Below are positions 38,761-54,319 of a stretch of DNA of 64,000 nt, piece by piece. This DNA comes from Schmidtea polychroa. Lineage: Eukaryota. Position 1 is the first letter of the stretch, and the number at the start of each line of letters is the position of its first letter. The DNA is taken from positions 12,898,001 to 12,962,000 of the forward strand of contig CM097885.1 in assembly GCA_044892525.1 (NCBI GenBank). Reading direction: 5' to 3'. The notes under the pieces were generated by a model. The model had not been told where the DNA came from, searched no databases, and saw only the letters and a program-made list of their open reading frames with translations. Made by a program: the position numbers and the translations under genes.

Positions 38761-40413
38761 AAAGGCTTCTGATCCAATATTTTCAAATTGATTGGAATTT
38801 CGAATTTTAAATTACATATGTATGTTTGTAAATTACAGTTAGTGATTGCGTTTTACTGAACTTTTTCGAGAATTCCCGAGTCTGTAATCAATTCATTTCT
38901 AGAGATTAAAGATTTTATTCTCACCAATTCTCGAGAATCTCGATTTTTAAAGAATATTGTCTAGTCAAAAAAATACTTATTTTTAAGAAAAACAATTAAA
39001 TGAGCAAGAATAAATCGTGCAAAATGAATACAAAAATATTGATTGTATTACAGATATAATTTTACTATCAAATTTTATTAAAATAACTTTTCAACATAAA
39101 CAATTTACCGACTTATCAGATAAACTGGTTATGGCTTTGGACACAAAATTTTCAGAAATTGAGAATTTTCTTTCATTTTGTGTTAATGTCGGCCTTATGC
39201 AAAATATTGTATTTTTTAGCATTTCTAAATTTGTAGTAATTTTACATGATGCTTCATAAATATTTAGTTCCTTTGATAATCAACGGAAATCACCCCCAAT
39301 AGTTTTGATAGGCGCCAAGCCTTCTCGAATTGATTCCTCCAATTGTTGAGCTAAACTAAATTCATTCTCAGAATCCGGACTATCAATCTCAATAACATCC
39401 GTAATTTACAGTCCTTTTTGGTAGTTTCATTTATAACATTAATTCTTCGCATCATTGTATTCCATAAACTCAATATAAGGACAGTTTCATGATCTTCGAA
39501 ATACTTTAGTATACTCCTTGATTCAAACTTATTTATTGGCTTTTAATAAGGATCATTAGAAATTTTCATTAATCATTTCTTTATTAATTAGCTGACCATC
39601 TGGTGTCACTTAATTCGTTTTAGTTTACATTTAGCATTACTGAGAAAATCCATCACTTAAGTAAGAAATATGGATTTTATGACTTTCGGCTCTTCTTAAA
39701 TTATGAGTTGCCGACCCCTGAAATAAGAGTACGCAATTCTTTTTAAATATAGTTTTGCAATATATTTCAACAGCCTGACTGTTATCAAAAGGCATTAAAC
39801 AATTTCAAAAAAAACGATTAAACTTAGATTTATTAGCAATTACATACGGAATCCAATAAAATTTATTGATTATAATAAAATTAATTTAACACTCTCAAAT
39901 TAGATGTGGTTAATGTTTTTTGAATGTTGACTTTCAGGTTTAATAATTTTATCATCAAGTTCTCACAAGTTATACGTTATCAATAGATTTTAAAATCCTT
40001 AGATAAGACTTTAAAATTTGAAATGTCTATTTTTAACTTACATATCTTATTAGGTCTTTTTACACACATTACAAATAAATTATATATGAAATCTGAACAT
40101 AAACCAAAAGATATCACAGATCTATTAATGAAAACATCACAAACTTTACAACTTTTTGAAATAATTTTAACAGTGAGACTTCCAATATTTTTAAAAAAAG
40201 ACTTTTTTAAAAATTTTCAAACCGCCAGTAAATAATTAACCTATAATAAAACCAGCAACTGTAGAGAAATCACTTTCATTTATTTTATCAGTTTTAGCAT
40301 TATTACGTCATTCACACTTTCTTGTGTAATTATTATAAAGCATAAATCATTTTGGCATACAGTTTGACAAAAATAAAATAAATAATAATTATTATTATTA
40401 TTAATGATTTTTA

Positions 40414-40612
<199 letters not shown>

Positions 40613-41417
40613 TATATTTGTTATTATTGTTAATGTTAAACTTCCACATAAATAATTTGTACATTATTTTCGATCAAAAATTACATTTTATAATTATTAA
40701 TGACTATATTTTCATTTTTTCTTTTTTTGCCGCAAGGAAATGTCTACATAAAATTGAGGAATGTAAACAAATAATAATTATATTTTGTTAACTTTGATTT
40801 CGTAATTTATTGGATGTTTCAGTTTGAAAATAAATGTAATTTCTTTAGTAATTTCTGATTTTAATAAATATTTGTTTAATATTTAAATTTTAATTAATTA
40901 AATTTAATTTGGACTTTTATACATATTACATATTATAATATATAAACAATAATAAAATAAATAAAAATTAAATATTACATTATAATAAAAATAATCATAT
41001 TTTTTTCTTTATATTATTTGAAAATATATTTCTACAAAATAATTAAGAAAATAAAAATAATTTTGACTTACACATTTTTATTAGTAGATTTTAAGATAAA
41101 TTTTATTTCGTCGGGAAAGGGATTTTGAGGCATCTGGAAATTTTTTATAAAATATTTGTGTAAATTTGTTTTAAATATCTTTAAATAGAAATGTATTTGT
41201 GTATTTATTTGTAGAGTAAATAAAAAAGAATAAGGTTTTCAAGCATGATTTCATATTTCTTATATTAATATCTATTGGCCTTCATTGGACCTTACTTATC
41301 GACCTTCTTATAAACTTAAGTTATTAGTGTTTGACAGGAGCGTAATAATTAATAATAATAATTAGTAAACATATTATATAAATAAAAATAAATGAAAAGA
41401 TATAATCTATATTTTAG

Positions 41418-41543
41418 AGCCTTATGATTACCAATCCTGGTGCGTGATTTTGGTATTCAGTGTCCATGCCTGTGGAGCAGCTCTTTTTATTTATGAATGG
41501 TTGAGTCCACATGGATTAGATAGAGGAAATCAGGTAACAGCAG
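41418..41543 (+). CDS. Nmdar2: NMDA receptor GluN2-like subunit, exon (M1)
   Basis: tttAG / GTCAGT, phase 1-1; EPYDYQSWCVILVFSVHACGAALFIYEWLSP. Confidence 0.93.
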
Positions 41544-42645
41544 GTCAGTTTCATCATATATTGCATATTATATTATATTTTATGATCTTTTATCCGGATA
41601 TATATATATTAAAAAAGCGCCAATCAAACATTTGTTTCAGGATATATTTAGATAGTTTTCCTGTCATTATCAAGTAGGATATAATAACTATATAAATTAG
41701 AGATTTTTAAACAAATTTATTAATTTTATTAATTATTAATTATATAAAGATTTTTATCTTTATTAAATTGGAACCTGACATCATTACAACATCGAATATA
41801 TTATTTTCATTGAATATCTTGTTTTAATCTTTATTATTTATTGTTATTCTTATCTTCCGCCGATCGAAATATAGTATGTAATATTTGTTTTAATATTCAG
41901 AAAAGTGGCTTGTTTATTAAATTCCTCATTCAGGGGATTTCTTTTAAATATGAAAAAATATTATTTTTATTATTAAAATCTTGTGGAGCTGAGTTCCGTG
42001 GAAATAGATTGAATAGATAAAAGCGTTTATTCAATTTTAGCACTTGAAATTAGTGTAATTCAAATATTTTTTTATAAGAACAAATAATTTTAAAATGGCA
42101 AAGGTAATTTTTTAATATTCTTTCATTATTTTATTTATTAAAGAACAATTAATTTTCTATGCAACAAATATTTTCGGCTTTGCGTTTAATAAATGTTATT
42201 TACCAATATTAATATTAATAATAATACTAAGGGTATCTTTTTGTAGGATGTATGATACTTTATTAAAATAAACAACACAATCTTTGTTTAATGATATGTA
42301 GTGTAAGTCATGATAGTAGACTTGTTTCGAGGATTTGACTCTCATCAGTACTATGGAGGAAACGCGTAGATTTCTCTTCAAGCCAGATATGTATACAGCA
42401 GTATTGAATCAACTGCATTGCATAATATTATACTGAAAATCAAATTCCTTGCTCTAGAGCTAGGTCAAAGAAAATCTGTAAATTTGCAAACAATGCTTAT
42501 GAATGATCATATTCTTCTTTTGGCACTAATAAAATTAGTAAAATAAAATTACAGAAATTGTTTACAAGCGCATCCGATTGCATTTAGCATTTGATTTTTT
42601 AAAGTAAGGGTGTAATGTTTTTTAATGCAGATTACTAATAATGAC

Positions 42646-42757
<112 letters not shown>

Positions 42758-45700
42758 GTATTAATAGTAAAAATAATTTACCGCCATTTAAATTTTATTA
42801 TTGTGTATGTTTCACCATTTTATTTATCACATGTCCCCTTAGAAATTATTTGTGTGATATATGTAACCTTACCATTTCTAAGATAAATATCATATAAAAT
42901 TAATTTTTTTAAAACGGTTTCGTCGAATTAAATTAGTAATTTGTTTAAAACTTTGCCGAAAATTGCTTTTGAATTGTCAGAATTTAATAAGGGATTAATT
43001 GGAATGAATTTAAACAGTATTGAATTTGATTAGATAATAATAAATCTTATTTTTTTTATTTTATTTTATTTTCGACAATGAAAGTTTTCAAGAAAACAAA
43101 TTTGAATTCTTGAAATAATTTTTTTTGTTTTATTATTGGTTATTGTAGTGCCTACACTTTATTAATATTTACGTATTTATTTATATAGATATATTATATT
43201 ATAATATATTAAAAAGTACTAAATAGAAAATAAAAGGATTAAAAAAACAATTGTTTAAATAATCAGAATAAAAAACAAAAAACCCACGTTCGAAATAAAT
43301 ACTAAGAAAAATGTAACTAAGAGATGAAGCGCAGCAATAAAATTTATACCAATAATTCAGAAGCAACTTTTCACAGTCAAATCATTATTACCATCAAATG
43401 GAATTCAGATCTCGACATCACAATTTTATACTCAAAGAAGTTTTGACGTTATTTATTATAATGTATTTCAGAGTTACGATAGTTAATAATAAATTGAGAT
43501 TTTTATTTTTAATAGAAATTAATTAATATTTTAATTAATATTAGATCTTTGATTTATAGAATTTCTTTGGATTTTTTGGTTTTATATGACCTTAATGTGA
43601 ATATTTCTTAGTATCTTTCCCTTAACTTAAAAATAACTCATTTAAAGTCGATAGGAAATCCTCAGGCAATTGCAAAATTACAAACTTATTAATTAAATAA
43701 TTAGAACCCTTCTGAATCATAAATCATTTCTTTCAGAAAACAGAATCGCTGGTTTGTCCGGTTAATAGCGGTTGAGCATGTAAATTGTTATCATGTTCAT
43801 TAAAAAGATGAGAGGATTTTGGTGGCGACTCTCAGAAGGCAGATGAATTATAACACAAAAGTGCATAAAAGTTAAATAGAATTCGTTAAACTTGAGTGTA
43901 ATCGAAACAAAGTTTACCAATTAAATTTGCAGTATGATGAAAAATTTAGTCAGATATCGCTTTTCCGATTTGCAAATGTTTTCGTATGTACAAATTCCTT
44001 CACATAGAATGAAACATTTTAATTAATTTTTAATTAGACTAAAAAATAATTTTTAAAAACAGTGTTTATTATTGTTAAAATTAATAAGCGAATTTGAATT
44101 TTTAAAAATATTTTGTTGAAAATAATACACCATCGTATTGGATATTGTTATTTTCAATAAAAAATAAATTATCATAATATTTCTACAGAAATTGTGTAGA
44201 AAAGTCAACAATGATACCTCTTGGTTAAACTCGTAAAAACATTAGGTTTTTCTAAATAGGGAAATATTACTGTTACATATGAATTACGGCTTAAATCTTT
44301 GGTATATAGAAGTAAGAATTTGGGTGTTCTAAAAGGTGAAATAGAAACTTATATGGCAGAAACTTATATGCCGAGATTTAGGGTCATTTTGATCTGGGCA
44401 TTAGCTTTTGAACATTTCTATCATTGAAAGCTGTTATAAAAAATATTGTAGATTTCGCAAATGAAATTTATTGTAGTAAAAAAGTATTGAGCTACAAATT
44501 TACCCCAGGTGGTCTTCCGTGTAAGAAATTTAAGCAGGCCTTAGGAATGTTAACTTATATTAATCGTTGCTTTAATATATACATGTTAATTGTAAGTGTA
44601 ATAGGACAATGGATATTTATGAATAATAAAAATATTTAGTTTTTTGTCTAATACTGTGACCTTGACATTTAATTGTGTTTTGTTTTAATTATGACAAAAT
44701 GAAAATTAAATGACGATAAATAAATGACGAAAAATTACATTTAATATTGCATAATAAAAAGGAAGATAACAGTGGTTCTCCATGTCCCTGAAAAAGTGAC
44801 TACTGCAAATATAAAGCCTAAAATAACTAATATAATTTATTGCTGTTGTAGACATATTAAATAGTTTGAAAAGGGAGTCTGGAAAAATATGGAGTAATGA
44901 TAAAATCTAAACCGATTTATTTCAAAGTTCCAATGAATGAAAGTGAATGTTAAAAACTGTTGAAGAAATTGAGTCTAATAAACCACATCAATCATTTAAT
45001 GTTTGGCAGAATCAGTTTCTCAAAGACATTTTCTACAAGAATTCTGATGCTGTTAGTTTAATTGAGCTCATAAATCATTCACCATAGAGATGGAGCCGGT
45101 TAGATATTTCTTCATACAGGTTCCGTGCAAAATATCTGGGATGTTCTAGTGGAAATTTACTTGAAATTTTATAAAATCGTTTTTTGCCCTCTGAATATGT
45201 ATAATTATGTTTTTTATTATGCTTTATATTTCTTTATATTTTCCTTGTTAGCAGCGAATTTTCAAATGAAAATAACATAACTTTGAGAATTCTTCAAAAT
45301 CTTCAAAGAACTATTTATTATTATTAATATTTGTATTTTAAAACAATTAAATAATAATTTAAACCTTTTTGCTACAAATAATATATTTAATACAAAGGAA
45401 CAAATTTTCCATTATTAGAAAGCCGTTGTCAATATCATTGAAATTGGAAAGGGCTATCTTATATTCGAAAATCTTTTCATTTGTATTAAATATTTTATTC
45501 GCAGCAAAAGGCTTGAATTATCATTTAATTGTTTTAAAATTTAATTAATGCTGCTACCAAATAATCATTACTTTATACTTTAATATTATTATTACAATTA
45601 GTTTCTATAGCATTTAAATTTTCCAAGTCTATTAATGTTAAATCAATAAAAATATTTTATTCCAAATAAAATCCAATAAATTACTGAGTTTTTAATTCAA

Positions 45701-46173
45701 TATTATTAAAACAAACACTTAAGATTTGACACGGTTTCCTAATTTAAGTCAATAAATTAAAATCACAAAAATTTTAAATTTTATCATAAAATAACCCCGC
45801 GCCCCTCCAATTATTATTTGTAAAATAATTCTTAAATTTTAAAATAGATATACAATTACTATTATTAATATTATTATTATTATTATAAGAACTTTTTTTT
45901 CAAATTGCACCGCTGATATCTTTTCCATCGTATTAAATAAAACACCTTGACTCATTAAATATATCGATGTTTTTGATATTCACGAATTTTCGGCACTGCC
46001 TTTGTCAAGTGATCAAGTGTTTGAAAAGAAATCAGATGTGAAAATTTAAAAAAAAATAATAATAATTATAATTATTATTTATATTATTAATATTATTAAT
46101 ATTATTATTATTTAAAACAATAATGTATTTAATGAAAATATTTTCGACTATAAGATAGGAGATTGACAAGGAC

Positions 46174-46269
<96 letters not shown>

Positions 46270-47873
46270 TAGTATTAGTATTATAATTACAAATATTTTT
46301 ATTTTTTTTAAAAATGTTGTCATTATAACTGATAAATCCAGATAAAATATGGAAAATTTATGATGCTAATATAATCAGCGGATCAAATTGAATCAAGTGA
46401 ATAACGATTTTGACATTTACATATTTTGCAAAAAAATTGAAATGGGACTAAAATTTTGTATCCCATTAGTTAAGAACATAAATCATTAAAACAACGCGTC
46501 CATTTGACATATTCTCGTGTTGTTTTGAAATATTTTGATAAAAAACAATACTTTTATTCGCAAGTTTTTCGTTCCCGTCCGTCGTTGTCCATTACGCCAG
46601 ATCTGGAATTGAGTGGTTTTCCCTTTTGGATTTGGAATTTTTTGGTCATTGAATTTGAACTTGAAATATTTTTTTAGTTTATATGTTCTCTTAAATTTTT
46701 ACGACTTAAAAAAATTTGTCGGTGCAACGGTATTCATATATGAGCCCTATAGTGCTTATAGATGTTAAAATTAAATTTTTGAAATGTTAGGAAGTGGGAT
46801 GGTGTAATTATTTAATTTCTGGAAAATGAAAACATTTTTTAAGGGGTCTTTGTCTAAAAACATAAATTATATTTTGAATGTTTTCTTGAATTTTTGGCTA
46901 AGTTTCAAAATTTCCTATCAAACACCCGTTTTGTAAAAAAAAGTCGAAATAGAAATTAGACGATTGCGTTCATTTACAAAAAACATTTTTTTAATTCCAA
47001 ATATATACTATGAATCATTGACTTTGTCTCAATGACCTTGACCTACTTATGACTAACAGCATGTTCTGGCAGAAAAATTTGGATTAAAAATGATTTGTCA
47101 TCGTTTAAGGATGACTAATGATGTTTTGAGCTCAAGATGAGTCATCGCGGGCTCACTTCTACTTACTAATGCGTGAATACCACTTATTTTCTGTTGTTTC
47201 TGATAGAGAACGTTCACTATAACAATAACTCTTATTTCCTGTGTATTCGAACCTTTATTGCCTATAGCTGCCCTATAGTGTTAAAATAACTGGAAAAATT
47301 GGAAAATATATTAGAATTTTTTAAATTCTTGGAAAGTATTTGTAAAAATTATAACCTATTTCTATGTATGATTCGCGATAACATATCCTATGCCAGAAAG
47401 TTCAATTGTACCTGCTTTCTATGTATTCCATTGACATGTTTGAAAAATATGACATTTAAATAAATGGGAAAAAAGGAAATATTTTATAATATTTAATCCA
47501 TAAAAAATTGTTATTATTAATATTTATTCTTAGAAAAATTCTTCTAAATTTTTCATAGAAAATCTCAGAAAAAATAAGTGAAAATCGTTTAATGCTTCTC
47601 TAGGATAATTGCGTTTCTTTCTGCTGTTATTAATTACGAATGTTCGACAAATTTCAAAAAAAAACTGAAATTTCCTATTTCTAAGGAACTGCTAGGTTTT
47701 GAATTCGTAAAATATTTAAGAGAAAGCACTTACGCTAGTTTCGAAATCGAAAACTTAAACAAGAATAAAAAATTTCTAATTTAATTATATTAGTAAAACA
47801 AAACGTGCAAGTGAAATAAATTCGTTTAAAAAACAAAAATAACAATTTAGATTTTGATTTATTATATTTTTAG

Positions 47874-48094
47874 AGCATAAATTTTCGTTTTTTCGATCGT
47901 TGTGGTTAATTTGGTCTATGCTGTTTGGAGCTGCCGTCAATGCCGACAATCCGCGAGGAACTGCGAGCAGATTTCTTGCTAATATTTGGGCATTATTTGC
48001 ATTGGTTTTCCTAGCCAGTTATACAGCTAATTTAGCCGCTTTTATGATAGCAAAAGATGACTTTTATGATTTGACCGGTATTAAAGATGCTCAT
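47874..48094 (+). CDS. Nmdar2: NMDA receptor GluN2-like subunit, exon (M2 pore loop and M3)
   Basis: [20 protein letters not shown]...[11 protein letters not shown] gate motif; AG/GT borders. Confidence 0.97.
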
Positions 48095-48336
48095 GTAGGT
48101 TATGTTATATTTATTGGAAAGATTTCCGATAATAAAACGGACTGGGAAAGATTTTTATTTAAAATTTATTTTTATTAAAAATATTAAGTTCAGTAAATAA
48201 TAATAATAATAATAATAATAATTATTATTATTATTATTAAAAAAAGAAAAGGTATTAATAAATTCAATGGAAAAAAATAATCAGTGGTGAAATTGGAAGA
48301 AATAAAAGTTCTTATAATAATATTATTATTATTATT

Positions 48337-48411
<75 letters not shown>

Positions 48412-48539
48412 AAGAAGAACTTGTTTATAATAAAAACATAATTTTTTTAAAAATTATAATTCAAATAATATATTATTTTTAAAATTTTAACATTTAGAAT
48501 TTAATTTAATAATTTATTAATTATTTATTTTAACAACAA

Positions 48540-48790
48540 TAATCGATACATACAATATGCAAAAAATTATTTAATAACATTTAAAACACAAATATTCACT
48601 GCATTCTGCACATTAATTTTTGGATTCACTGACTTTATCAATAACGCCTCACAAATTACACGTTGCCAATAATTATCGACTATTTTTAATAAAATTTTAA
48701 AATCAGACATGCCTATTTTACTCTTACATCCCTTATTGTGCTCACTAATATTGGTCAATGCCTTCGGTTTATAATGCTCTCGAGCTCGAG
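48540..48790 (-). mobile_element. Penelope-like element 3' fragment (GIY-YIG endonuclease C-terminus)
   Basis: R..EH...ISEHNKGC...DFKIL...ICEALLIKSVNPKINVQ. Confidence 0.8.
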
Positions 48791-49993
48791 TATTGTTAAA
48801 TAAAATAATCATAATAATAAAATTAAAAATAATAATATTATGTCAGGGCATGAAAAAATAATATAATTGTATGACTAATAAATTTGCAATACAAGTGCAT
48901 AATTAACAAAGACTTTGCAATAAATGGGCATGATTAACAAAGACACTAGAAATATTATCTTTGCATTTTGTCGAAGATGATTATGGCAGTAAAATCAGAG
49001 GAGAATCAATGGACAGAAGAAAAGCATCATTATGATTTATAATAATTGTAAATATAATTGTATATATAATTGTAAATTTCCATATATAAATAGCACTATT
49101 TCAAAAATTAATACAAATATTAAAACAAAATTAATGTGTTTTAATCAAAAAGTATTACAATAAAACAATAAATTTATAAAAACAAATTAAAACATTTATT
49201 TACGAAACAATAATAACCAATACCATTGTAACACATACAGAGATGACAATGTATGTGGCATTGCACCCATTACATGAATACTGATAAACAAGATCAGAAC
49301 ACAATTCGACCGGAGTTTTAGACTGATTTATAAACATATTACGACTTTCCATGAAGTTGACACTATCCTATAGTTTAAATTCCCTAACTGCTTACTTATT
49401 TTCCCTTTATAATCCTTAAAACCTTCTGAGTACGGCAATATTAACAAAAATTAGGCTCATCATCCTTGCTCACACTATTTAATTTATTTAACTAATCATA
49501 TTCACACACCTCAACAAAATTAATATTTCAATTTAATATGAAATTCTTTTAAATATATTATAGGATTTATTAAAAAATTTAGTATTATTATTAATAAACA
49601 TAAGATTACTTAATTTGCGTTTTTTATTATTGAAATTTATTTTCCCGAATTTGTGATCTTATGCATATTTCGTAGCAATTTGCAAGACTTCCTGGCATGT
49701 TTTTTTTGGAAATTTTGCAATCCGGTATACATTACATATAAATAGAAAATATTATTATATTATTTTTAAAAATCATGTAAACAATTTCTAATAAAATTTG
49801 CCAATTTTTTTAATAAATAAATTTCAATATAACACTTAATAATTTTAATAAAATAATTAAAATACAATGAAAATAATTGAATATAAAATTAAAAAATAGA
49901 ATTTTATTTATTACTTATCAATTGAAATAAAATTAAATATGTAATTTGTAAATAATTTTCCGTTATTTATTTCATTGTTATTAAATTATTTAG

Positions 49994-50154
49994 CTAATGA
50001 ATCCATTAGGATTTAAACCCCCCTTCACATTCGCAACAGTTCCCAGTGGGGCAACGGAAGAAAATATAAAAATTAATTTTCCCACTATGTATGAATATAT
50101 GAAAAAATTCAACAGATCTAGTGTGGAAGAAGGAATAAAAGCTCTCAAAACCGG
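49994..50154 (+). CDS. Nmdar2: NMDA receptor GluN2-like subunit, exon (S2 start)
   Basis: tttAG / GTAAGC; LMNPLGFKPPFTFATVPSGATEENIKINFPTMYEYMKKFNRSSVEEGIKALKTG. Not in the ORF track. Confidence 0.94.
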
Positions 50155-53100
50155 GTAAGCTTCATAAATTAAATGGAATTCTAATTATTAAATAAAATGA
50201 ATATTTCTAATAAAAATATGAATAAATAATGCAAAGAATTTACTGATTTAATAATAAAAACTCAAAATTAATAAATTATTTTGAACAGGTGAAAATTATT
50301 AGAATATTGTTATTGGAAATTTTATTTGTTTTAATGACATATTTATATACTATATGAAAATTTTATGCTTGTGACATGCAACGGTGTAACAATAATGTAG
50401 CAAAAGTAAGCAATGTTTCGCGGCCTCGTAGAGGCCTGTTCTATATACAATTGTCAAGCCTGCTTATGAAAAAAATATAAGAACTTGTTTTAAATTTCAT
50501 TTTATTTCTTATACAAATATATTCTTTATATATTTATATATATATATTTATTTATTTGCATTTTTAACAGAAAATCAAATGCATTTTTATTATACTCAAC
50601 ACAAATATTTGAATTTGTTTTCATCAAGTCCTTAAATTTCCAAAAAACCGATCACATGTGATCAAAGAAACTAAGATGCGTTGTAGAGTCGCTGGATGCG
50701 TCGCTTTGGATCTTGGCTCATTTGGAGATTGTCATTGACTCGATTGATATTCCATTCATTTGTTATATTCATAAATTCATGTCTCCTCACCAGTGATTAT
50801 GCTGTGAATGAATTTTTAATCTGAATCATGGCTGGAAAGCATTTCCTTTGGAAATTTAATAGGTTGAATGTTATGTAAAGAATTCAGTTTTGTTGGAAGA
50901 TACCTAACATTACCACGTTTAAACCCAATGCATCATGTAACATGCTATTAAAGAAATCACATGATAATGAGGTCTCTTTTACGATCTCATTAGAAGTATT
51001 TTTCTTGTTTTCAGTGATAATAACTTCGATTTTCTCGATTTTTTTATCAGTCTTCAATGTCGATGGTCTTACTTGTATTGTATCAGGTTTTACTGATTCA
51101 GAGCCACTTCCAAAGCGTGAATACCACTTATTTCCTCTTATTTTTGATAGAGAACGTTCGCCATATTAATTTACCTTTAATTAACAAATTTTCAATAATT
51201 TCATTCATAATAAGAATCGAATATAAACAAAAAAATAAAATAAAGCCAAACAATTTTTAATCAAGTTGAAATTTGTATAATATTTCACTTATAAAAGCAA
51301 AAACTATACATTCATATTTAACGTGTCAATTTTAAAATAGAAAAATTATTTTTATGTTTTTTAATAATGAATATTTTTTCATTTTCAATAAATTAAATTA
51401 ATTTTTTGTGCTATTTAAATTTGGTAAAATTGTGCTTGTAACATTTCTTATAAGAACTTTTATCAATTTTCACCACTGATTTCTTTTATATTGACTTTGT
51501 ATTTATTAAAAAACTTGGCTGTTGTGAAAGTAATTAAATAGAATTAGTATTTAATTTCCAGAATTAAATAGATTTAAGTTTTTATAATAAAAGTAGATAA
51601 TAAAATTATAAATTAAAATAATAAATTAAATATATTTAAGAATGATTGAAAATTAAAATATAAAATATTTATTGAATGCTTGTGTACGAATATTCCCTGT
51701 TCAATTAAGAACTTATGCTTGCAAAAATATCCTCAAAGCTAAATGTAGAGATTGTTTAAATAAGAGAGATTGTGTGTTGTGTTTAAAAATATAGTTTTGT
51801 TTTTATTTTATTATATGGATGTAATTAATTCAAGAAATTAGACATCTAATAACTATGAATAAGTAAAGATATCAACAAAAAACAGCGATATATTTACTGA
51901 TTCATTGTCAAGTTTTTTTAATAAATACAATGTAACATTTCTGTTTAACATGAGAAGAGAGGGTAGTGGTGAACCTATTTTATGTGGGGATGTCAACAAT
52001 TAAAAAACATCAACCATTTGTTTAGATATTAATTAAAAAATGTATTTATCGCAGAATTTTATAATTAATTTTATTAAATTAAGATAATTAATATAAAATA
52101 TATAAAATATTAATTAAAAAGTATATTAATTATTATTTAATATTATAAGAACTTTTTTCCAATTTCACCAATGATTATTTTTTCCATTGAATTTATTTAA
52201 AAGAGAGCTTGAAGACTATAAATCAGTAATATATCGATGTTTGTTGATATATTACTGATTTATAGTCTTCAAGCTCTCTTTTTAATTAATTCTATTAATT
52301 AATATATTACAAAATATTAGTTACAAAATAATATTCCAAATTTACTTATATATTTTACATTTTTTCATTGAATGGGTATCTACACTTTTTGTAAACCAAC
52401 TTGGTAAAGACTTTGCATTAGGTTATTATTTTATCTTATTTTATCTTACTTTACTTTTGCAACACATCTGAAAGGAAAGTGTTATTACATATTAAATTAT
52501 AAACCTTCAGTATGTCCTTAATATATCCTTATATCATATAATATTGACATAAATAAGTCAACAGAATAATTGTCAAAACCTAATTCTTTAGACATTGATT
52601 TTTGGCAGTTTTGAATCTTAATTATTTTTTTGTTTCTCTCACTGTCATTGCATATTTCCAATCTCTTAGATTAGTTCTTGTCAGGTTTTTGGTCTTCCAT
52701 GTGTGTCCAACATAGACTAAAGTCATAATCTAACAAAATTTGCTTGAATAAATTTCCATATTTGATTACTAACATATAAACCCTGGTGAGCAACTTTAAG
52801 AATGACAAAATCTTTGCCAACAAAAATTCAGGACATAGAAAATGTAAACTATAGACATCATTGTATTTCCCATGCATAAACATCAGAAACCCTTGAGAGA
52901 TTTGAAAAGAATATTGTAACCACATTAAAATATCGCACCCGTCATTGGTTTTGCTTTTTCAAGCGATTTTAAAAATTATTTTTAATAAATACAATGTCAA
53001 TTGAAAAGAAATTAGTGGTGAAAATTGAAAAAATTCTTATTATAAAAGTATTATTTATATAGTCTTGTTTTTGTTCAATATTTATGTCCAATACTGAATT

Positions 53101-53758
53101 TGATCTATAATCGAAAACTAAATGTATGTAAATGATATTGTAAATGAAGATAGATCACAGGTGAAAAAAAAATAATGTCACTAAACGTTATTTTCAATTA
53201 TTATTTTTATGTTTATACGTTTTGATAAAAATGATGAAGATTAATTCATTTTTTATATTTTCAAATAACAAATAAATATTTCTAAATTTCAATTATATTT
53301 TTTGAAATAGTGGTCCAGTTTTAAAGGGAATTGAAAGATTTTTAATATATTAATATTTAATTTTGAAACTTTTTTTCTTAATTTTCCATATGCTTATATA
53401 ATAATTTATTTTCCACTTAAATGAATTACATTAAAAAAATCCAAAAATTTATCCTAAAATAATTTCTAAACTAAAATTTCGTCTGGAGTCTAAATTGGAA
53501 AGCATTATTTTGAAAGATTTAAAAAATCTTTTTTTGTTTATCCATTTTATTTATGGATAATATTTATATTTGAAATTAAATTAAAGAAAATAATTTAATT
53601 TTTTTGTTTGTTTATATCATGTTTTATCATTTTCAATGGGGTGTTTTAATGTTGATATGTTTTAACAATTGATCCTTCAAATGGGGTGTTCAATTGAGTT
53701 TAGCTGAAGAATGTATCCTATATGAAATGCATTCTATAATTATAAACAAATAAAAATA

Positions 53759-54065
53759 CAGGATGTCCAAAAATATGTATGCATAATTTAAATGATTATA
53801 ACTTCAATTTTTATTTACACATATAATTAATGTTTAAATTGAAAAAGAATCTACATAAAATGTATAACCTTTCCTCTTATCGCAGATGTTGCAAATTAAT
53901 ACCGTTCAGGTCAATTTATTGTTGATAACGGTGGGGTATTTATTTACAAACTGTAACAAACATTTCATTTGATGTTGTGGCGTACTCTTGCTCAATTGAG
54001 GCTTTTAATTCCTTCATTGTCGTCGGTTTTCTGGAGTAGACTTTATTTTTAAGGTATTCCCACAC
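53759..54065 (-). pseudogene. Tc1/mariner transposase 3' remnant with TIR
   Basis: WEYLKNKVYSRKPTTMKELKASIEQE on the minus strand; TA|CAGGATGTCC terminus. Confidence 0.7.
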
Positions 54066-54319
54066 TCAAGAAACATTTCTGAATGTTTTATTTGATAAAA
54101 GTAAACTAATAGATATTTTTCTTGATCGGTAGAATTTTTTTTAAAATTAAATCCTCATTATTGCAAGCAAAGGGGTTTTGTCAATAATATTATAATTTTT
54201 TTCAAGTATATTATTGTTAGTGTGGACAAAATTATTTATTTATATATTCAATGTTTAAAATAGTTAAACATACATGGCAATGATTTAATTATAAGAAAAC
54301 GTCAAGCAAGCATTCTTTT

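Noticed and set aside
41534..41539. Alternative donor CAG|GTAACA in the M1 exon
   Set aside because: Phase 0, incompatible with the phase-1 acceptor at 47874.
50650..52960. ORFs 50942, 51057, 52671 as genes
   Set aside because: No assignable motifs; probably decayed transposon sequence within an intron.
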